A program made the translations under genes and the position numbers. Below are positions 57,279 through 64,000 of a stretch of 64,000 nt of DNA, piece by piece. How positions within the stretch are numbered: position 1 is the stretch's first letter; every line of letters begins with the position of its first letter. Below the pieces are notes generated by a model. The model did no database searches. It was not told the DNA's origin and worked only from the letters and a program-made list of their open reading frames with translations. Source of the DNA: Methanosarcinales archaeon (GTDB lineage Archaea; Halobacteriota; UBA148; JAUWXC01); assembly GCA_026016205.1 (NCBI GenBank), contig CP061209.1, positions 117,469-181,468 on the forward strand, given 5' to 3'.

Positions 57279-57395
57279 AGCCCGGTGGTGTAGTGGTCAA
57301 TCATACAAGGCTCTGGACTAACCCTTTTCCTCGCTCTGCTCACAAAAGCGTTGACGGAAAAAGGGGAGATACCTTGTGACCGCGGTTCGAATCCG
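57279..57395 (+). tRNA. intron-containing tRNA-Gln(CUG)
   Basis: acceptor AGCCCGG/CCGGGCT, discriminator A; D-arm GGTGTAGTGGTCAATCAT; anticodon stem CAAGG/CCTTG with loop CUCUGGA; 44-nt intron at 37/38; T-arm CGCGG-TTCGAAT-CCGTG. Confidence 0.6.
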
Positions 57396-57418
57396 TGCCG
57401 GGCTATTTCGGGGATAAA

Positions 57419-57658
57419 ATGACTGGACCTGCTGAGAGCAAGATTGAGTTGAAAAATGCGAGGGTGTATATCCACAAAAAGGATCCCAGCACCCGGTCCA
57501 GAATAATACACATCAACATCGAGCATCCAGATATCAACAAGGTCATAAAGCCCGGTGAAAGCACATTTTGTTCGGGCAAGGAAGGCGGAGTTTTTATTGG
57601 GCTAAAGAGCGAGATGCTTGAAAGGGCAAAAAAGTTTTTAGGCATTGAAGACTCCTAA
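57419..57658 (+). CDS. small hypothetical protein
   Basis: about 79 aa from the internal Met (MTGPAESK); no recognised motif. Confidence 0.3.
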   Translation: MTGPAESKIELKNARVYIHKKDPSTRSRIIHINIEHPDINKVIKPGESTFCSGKEGGVFIGLKSEMLERAKKFLGIEDS

Positions 57659-57675
57659 GCAAGAGAGGATTTGTT

Positions 57676-57900
57676 TTGTTCCCCACTAAGAAAGTCCAGA
57701 ATTTGGTCGGCACAAAAGTCCAGGTCGAGATGAAGGGCGAGAACAGCCTTCTTGAAGGTGTATTAGAAAGTGTAGATGATTATCTAAACTTACATCTTGT
57801 GAACACGACCGAAATCGACAACGGCGAGAAATCGAGGACACTTGGTTCGGTTGTCGTGCGGGGAAACAACATCATTCTTATACACCCTATTAATGAGTGA
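57676..57900 (+). CDS. Sm-like (LSm/SmAP) RNA-binding protein
   Basis: Sm1 'VQVEMKGENSLLEGVLESVDDYLNLHL' and Sm2 'SVVVRGNNIILI' motifs. Confidence 0.8.
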   Translation: MFPTKKVQNLVGTKVQVEMKGENSLLEGVLESVDDYLNLHLVNTTEIDNGEKSRTLGSVVVRGNNIILIHPINE

Positions 57901-57908
57901 GGATGGGA

Positions 57909-58210
57909 TGACGCTCGAGGAAAAGGTTTTGGACTATGTTCGCTCCCGCCGAAAAGGGGCTCTTCAGAGCGATATCTGGAAAAAGTTTGACATTGATAGC
58001 AGAAAGTGCTCTAGAATTATAACCAATCTGGAGCAAAATGGGCTTGTATATAAGAAATCAGAAGTGGCTAACGGGAGAAGGACCTATAGGATAGTGTCCA
58101 GGTATGGGTTGCTGATGGCGAATGACATGGTTTCGCCTTGCTGTGGTTGCACAGGGGAGTGCGTTCCAGAGTACTGCGTTCCTCTGAGCAGGTGGCTTTT
58201 GAAGTTATAA
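57909..58210 (+). CDS. wHTH protein with C-terminal Cys cluster
   Basis: 'SDIWKKFDIDSRKCSRIITNLEQNGLV' HTH; 'PCCGCTGECVPEYC'. Confidence 0.4.
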
Positions 58211-58252
58211 AAACGAGAGGTTAATGTATCAAGAGACTCGTTTATATATTGT

Positions 58253-58684
58253 ATGAAAAAGACGCCTAACGCGATGAGTGATACCGATTTAGCCTTTCTT
58301 GCAGCGAAATGTTACTTTGGAGTAAATGAGGCCGAGGAGGACAATTACGACCTCTTCATCACCAAAGATTTTAAAAGGAAACTGCCGCCAGGAGGCTTCA
58401 TCGATGATATGGAGGCAGAGTTGCCTAAATGGTGGGCAGACAACATAGGCTACAAATCAGGCGTTGGGCGCATGTCTATGGTCGATTTTATGCATCATGT
58501 CAATAAGCTCAGGGTCAAGAGGGGGTCCAGCAAACTTCCAGAATACAGCGAACTCTTCAACGTCTGGGTGGAGTACATAGTGTCTAAATACCCGAGTGTG
58601 TATCTGGTCGAGGTTAAGAACAAAAACACGGGTGCCAAAAAACAGCTCCTCGTGAACACAGGGGTTGTTCAACGGCAAGAGTAA
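58253..58684 (+). CDS. hypothetical protein
   Basis: 143 aa, no recognised motif. Confidence 0.35.
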   Translation: MKKTPNAMSDTDLAFLAAKCYFGVNEAEEDNYDLFITKDFKRKLPPGGFIDDMEAELPKWWADNIGYKSGVGRMSMVDFMHHVNKLRVKRGSSKLPEYSELFNVWVEYIVSKYPSVYLVEVKNKNTGAKKQLLVNTGVVQRQE

Positions 58685-58711
58685 TTACAATTTTTATTAG
58701 AGTGGGCATCC

Positions 58712-59797
58712 ATGGGCATCGAAGATGATATTAAAGCAATCGAGGAAGAGATTCGGAAAACTCCCTACAACAAGGCGACGCAACTTCATGTCGGTCGATT
58801 GAAGGCGAAGCTGGCCAAGTTGAGGGACGAGGCGCAAAAAACTTCCGGGAAAGGTGGAGGGAGTGGTTATTCCGTCAAGAAATCCGGCGATGCTACCGTC
58901 ATCTTAGTGGGTTTTCCCTCTGTTGGGAAATCCACGTTGCTTAATCAATTCACCAATGCACAGTCTCCGGTTGCTGCCTATGATTTTACTACGCTGGATG
59001 TCATTCCAGGTTCATTTGTTCATAAAGGGGCGCGCATCCAACTGCTCGACGTCCCTGGTCTGATAGAGGGCGCTGCAACCGGCAAAGGGCGAGGGAGGGA
59101 GGTACTGTCAGTTATTCGAAATGCAGACCTCCTACTGCCGATCACTGACGTATTTCATCCAGAGCATCTAAATGTGATTAAAAAGGAGTTGTATGATGCA
59201 GGAGTACGCATCAACGAAACACCTCCTGACGTCACGATTCATCGAAAAAGTACAGGCGGCATCACCCTCAACAGAACGGTTAGATGTGAAATCGACGATG
59301 CAATGATACGTTCCATTTTGAACGAGTACAAAATTCATAACGCTGATGTGCTAATCCGGGAGAGCGTAACCTTTGATCAGTTCATCGATGCAATTCTGGG
59401 AAACAGAAAGTATGTGCCTGCGCTGGTAGTGGTGAACAAGTTGGATTTGGTGGATGATGAAACCCTGAAAAGTCTGGCAATTCCAGAGGGCGCAATACTA
59501 ATCTCAGCAGAGAAGGGACAAGGTCTTGACAAACTTAAGGACGCGATCTTTGACAGGTTGGAATTCATACGCATATACATGAAGCGTCCCGGTAACCCAC
59601 CAGATAAAGATGAGCCGTTGATTCTCAAGGAGGGTGCAACCATCGGCGACGTCTGCGCCCGCATCCACAGGCACTTAAAGCAAAAGTTCAGGTACGCCCT
59701 GATATGGGGAAAATCCGCGAAACACGAAGGGCAGAGAGTAGGCCTTGACCATGTTCTGGTGGATGAAGATATTGTTACGCTTGTGATGGAGAAGTGA
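58712..59797 (+). CDS. developmentally regulated GTP-binding protein (DRG/Obg-family) with TGS domain
   Basis: 'GFPSVGKSTLL', 'DVPGLIEGA', 'NKLD'; C-terminal TGS-like; 361 aa. Confidence 0.85.
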   Translation: MGIEDDIKAIEEEIRKTPYNKATQLHVGRLKAKLAKLRDEAQKTSGKGGGSGYSVKKSGDATVILVGFPSVGKSTLLNQFTNAQSPVAAYDFTTLDVIPGSFVHKGARIQLLDVPGLIEGAATGKGRGREVLSVIRNADLLLPITDVFHPEHLNVIKKELYDAGVRINETPPDVTIHRKSTGGITLNRTVRCEIDDAMIRSILNEYKIHNADVLIRESVTFDQFIDAILGNRKYVPALVVVNKLDLVDDETLKSLAIPEGAILISAEKGQGLDKLKDAIFDRLEFIRIYMKRPGNPPDKDEPLILKEGATIGDVCARIHRHLKQKFRYALIWGKSAKHEGQRVGLDHVLVDEDIVTLVMEK

Positions 59798-59984
59798 TTT
59801 GAAACTCTTTTATTTCAAAAGTCTCTTTTCCAAAAGTTTTCATATGAAACTTGATAGCTGACTTTACATCCTCTAATGCCCTCTCGTAGGTATCACCCTC
59901 TCCGACAACCACGCCTTTTAACCCAAGGGGATATGCTACGTATCCCTCTGGATGTTTTTCAACTATTATTTTTATTTGTCTCAT
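59775..59984 (-). CDS. HicB-like/UPF0150 antitoxin-fold protein, no adjacent HicA
   Basis: 'KIIVEKHPEGYVAYPLGLKGVVVGEGDTYERALEDVKSAIKFHM' is the typical UPF0150 pattern. Confidence 0.5.
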   Translation of the reverse strand: MRQIKIIVEKHPEGYVAYPLGLKGVVVGEGDTYERALEDVKSAIKFHMKTFGKETFEIKEFQITSPSQA

Positions 59985-60086
59985 CTTGTCCTTATTTCGA
60001 TTCCAGCTTTATAGGGGTATATCCGCCTCTACAATTTCGTATAACCCCATATCAACACATCGCGAATACCGATATCTCGATGATTT

Positions 60087-61049
60087 TCACCGCAGATATA
60101 TATGCTTAAAATCCCTTGTGTAAATCCAGGGGTCTTCGGTTTCTGCCTCTTTTTTCAGCCTGATGGCAAGGTCCACCTTGGCATCGCATTCATCCGCATA
60201 ATAGATTGCGAGCGCCTCCGGAAACTGCGGGATTTTGGGCGAGCCATACTCGTTTAATCCATGATGGCTCAGTATGATGTGTGCCATTTTCATCCTTAGA
60301 ACTTCAGGAAAGTTCTCGAGTTTTGCTATCCTGTCCAGTACCATTTGCTCGCCTATAACCAGGTGACCTATCAACATCCCCTCTTCTGAGATGTCAATAC
60401 TCGTCGCTACAGCATACTCCCGTATCTTCCCTATATCGTGTAGTATCGCACCAGTCAGGAGCAGACCCCTGTCCAGTGAGGAGTGCACAGCGTACGTCGC
60501 GTTGCATAATTTAACCACATTCAGCGTGTGCTCGAGCAGTCCACCGATATAGTTCTGATGCCTGTGCATAGACCCAGGGCAATTCTTGAATCTTTCAACA
60601 AAATTTGCATCATGGAAAAATGAGTTCAGAAGCGCGCTCAGGTGCGGGTTCTTAACGGAATTGATTATGCTCGTGAGTTCACCCATCATGGACTCCACAT
60701 CTTTATCCGTCTTTGCCACGAAGTCCTCGATGCTGTATTCGGTTGGCGCGCACCTCCTAACAGTGCTTGTGGTGCCCAGCGCCATCTCTAATTTATCCCT
60801 AAACTCGCCAACCCTGCCACTGATGTAGACGACGTCACCAGTCTGAAATCTCTCGTAGACCTCTTTTATGCCAGCCTCGTTCCTGTCTCCCCAGTACTTT
60901 GCCGTCATCTCGCCTGTTTTGTCGCTAATCCTGAACTCAAAACAGAAGCCTGATGTATATGGCTTTGGCGGCTTTTTGTATTTAACCGCGAAGACGCTAT
61001 CTACAGTATCTCCATTTTTTAGGTCCTTGATAAATTGAGTTTTGGCCAT
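60087..61049 (-). CDS. OB-fold plus HD-domain phosphohydrolase (YhaM-like 3'-5' exonuclease family)
   Basis: N-terminal OB-like region; 'HTLNVVKL', 'GAILHDIGK', 'HIILSHHG' HD motifs. Confidence 0.75.
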   Translation of the reverse strand: MAKTQFIKDLKNGDTVDSVFAVKYKKPPKPYTSGFCFEFRISDKTGEMTAKYWGDRNEAGIKEVYERFQTGDVVYISGRVGEFRDKLEMALGTTSTVRRCAPTEYSIEDFVAKTDKDVESMMGELTSIINSVKNPHLSALLNSFFHDANFVERFKNCPGSMHRHQNYIGGLLEHTLNVVKLCNATYAVHSSLDRGLLLTGAILHDIGKIREYAVATSIDISEEGMLIGHLVIGEQMVLDRIAKLENFPEVLRMKMAHIILSHHGLNEYGSPKIPQFPEALAIYYADECDAKVDLAIRLKKEAETEDPWIYTRDFKHIYLR

Positions 61050-61091
61050 TTTCTATATTTAGATGGACTTCTTATTCATTATGTTTTTCGC

Positions 61092-62159
61092 TTATGTCTG
61101 CAACCATATAGATGTGCTCTTGTCGACTATCTCCCCATCGCAGACGATGTAAATAACAAGTCTTGTGTATTTGTTGCGCGGCGTTTTTAACGTCAGTGTT
61201 ACGTTCTTATGCTCTTCGGTGCCCAGTTCGAATGCATCGCTCTCTTCTGGATTGTACCACCTACCATCTCCTGCATCAAAGCCTGCTGTTACCTTGACAC
61301 TCGATGCTTGAGCAGTTCCGACATTCTCGACTCTTACCGCTAATATAACAGTGTCACTGAAAATGGTCCGCGTTCTCGTAGCGTTCCAGCTGTGCGTGAG
61401 TATCGGTTTTGGAATAATGTGGTGTAATGTGGCAGATCCATCTTCATACTCATCTGGGATTACGCCAATCTCCCAGCCGGTGCCAGTCGTCTCTGCATAG
61501 AAATATTGTGTCCCGTTGTCCAGATAATATGTGCCGTAAAATTCATCTCCGCCAGCGATTCCGAGTGCCATGTGGTTAGGCAGCTCAATCAACACGACGT
61601 CATGCCCCATCATATCCAGCAATGCTGCTGCTAGTATCGAAGTATCTTCACAGTCCCCGGTCATATCAACTAATGTTTCAATAGGATATCTAGGATATTC
61701 ATCGAAGGGTGTGGTCACATCATCGGTGGCATAGGGAAGGCTTTGCACAAAAGACAGCACGAAGCAGGCCTTTTTGTATTGGTCATATTTTTGCGTTGTT
61801 GCAACCTCTTCGAATTTTTCTACTACCAGTTTCAAGTAGGGGTCATCATGGGGGTCGGTCACGTAAACAGAATAGTCGGCGGTTGCAGGTCTTGGTTTGT
61901 TTCTGTAGTATCCATCTAGGGATTCGGGTATGCTCAGGTCCAATGTCCAGGTTCTTCTGTCATACTTCCATTCATAGTACCTTTCGAGTACCTCTACGGA
62001 CTGCGAAGGCGGAGCAATCTCTCCCAGTGGCATAGGGGTCATGGTTGGCGTTGCTGTTGTTGGCGAAGCAGTAGGGGCTGGTGTTGACGTCGGCATCGTT
62101 TTTAGTTCAGGTGCAATACAGCCACTCAGGGAGGATATTATGAGCAGGAGCACTATCAT
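61092..62159 (-). CDS. lipoprotein with Thr/Pro-rich linker and transglutaminase-like cysteine protease domain
   Basis: lipobox 'LSGC'; 'TGDCEDTSILAAALL...H...D' catalytic triad pattern; start taken at MIVLLLI. Confidence 0.55.
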   Translation of the reverse strand: MIVLLLIISSLSGCIAPELKTMPTSTPAPTASPTTATPTMTPMPLGEIAPPSQSVEVLERYYEWKYDRRTWTLDLSIPESLDGYYRNKPRPATADYSVYVTDPHDDPYLKLVVEKFEEVATTQKYDQYKKACFVLSFVQSLPYATDDVTTPFDEYPRYPIETLVDMTGDCEDTSILAAALLDMMGHDVVLIELPNHMALGIAGGDEFYGTYYLDNGTQYFYAETTGTGWEIGVIPDEYEDGSATLHHIIPKPILTHSWNATRTRTIFSDTVILAVRVENVGTAQASSVKVTAGFDAGDGRWYNPEESDAFELGTEEHKNVTLTLKTPRNKYTRLVIYIVCDGEIVDKSTSIWLQT

Positions 62160-62172
62160 GCAGGCGAGGTTT

Positions 62173-64000
<1,828 letters not shown>

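Noticed and set aside
59876-60109. 77-aa plus-strand ORF as possible HicA partner
   Set aside because: Proline- and Leu-rich low-complexity translation overlapping HicB antisense. Does not resemble the HicA/YcfA dsRBD-like fold.

Overview
This 64-kb window appears to come from a euryarchaeal chromosome, probably a Methanosarcinales- or ANME-like organism. The evidence is archaeal CobY, a CbiZ-CobZ fusion, CobD with a Cys-rich C-terminal domain, CofE for F420, Hps/Phi-type 6-phospho-3-hexuloisomerase, aRF1, CDP-archaeol synthase, a Tes-like radical-SAM enzyme, Sm-like and DRG proteins, and intron-containing tRNAs. GC is roughly mid-40s % by eye. Most of the window is core metabolism: (i) an Arn/Gtr-like lipid-linked glycosylation cluster at 0.3-5.2 kb; (ii) a large cobamide salvage and nucleotide-loop cluster with BtuFCD-like transport at 5.5-16.6 kb; (iii) argS, hxlB, aRF1, pyrH; (iv) a conserved archaeal GTPase/DUF2073/Zn-ribbon trio; (v) five tandem CBS-domain proteins at 24.4-28.5 kb; (vi) aspC-lrp, pgk; (vii) argF, purD, pyrE, carS, Tes-like rSAM, glyA-folD-purN, thiC, purH, folP-like; (viii) cofE, an Sm protein, DRG GTPase, an OB/HD nuclease, EndoIII-like and a GltD-like oxidoreductase truncated at the window edge. 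The most interesting part is an AT-rich island of about 10-12 kb (roughly 31.7/33.5 to 43.4 kb) directly downstream of an intron-containing tRNA (probably Thr-UGU). The island is built from gene cassettes bounded by repeated ~35-bp and ~60-bp elements. It carries a PD-(D/E)xK-like nuclease, a GIY-YIG-like protein, an AlbA_2/Schlafen-like domain protein, a two-gene operon with no recognisable domains (a candidate novel defence module), an OLD/PARIS-like split ABC-ATPase plus TOPRIM pair, and a ~1074-aa Type IIG restriction-modification fusion enzyme. A second small AT-rich insert (55.2-56.3 kb) carries an MNT/HEPN toxin-antitoxin pair preceded by three regularly spaced palindromic operators. 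All calls rest on motifs and family resemblance read by eye. No database searches were run.
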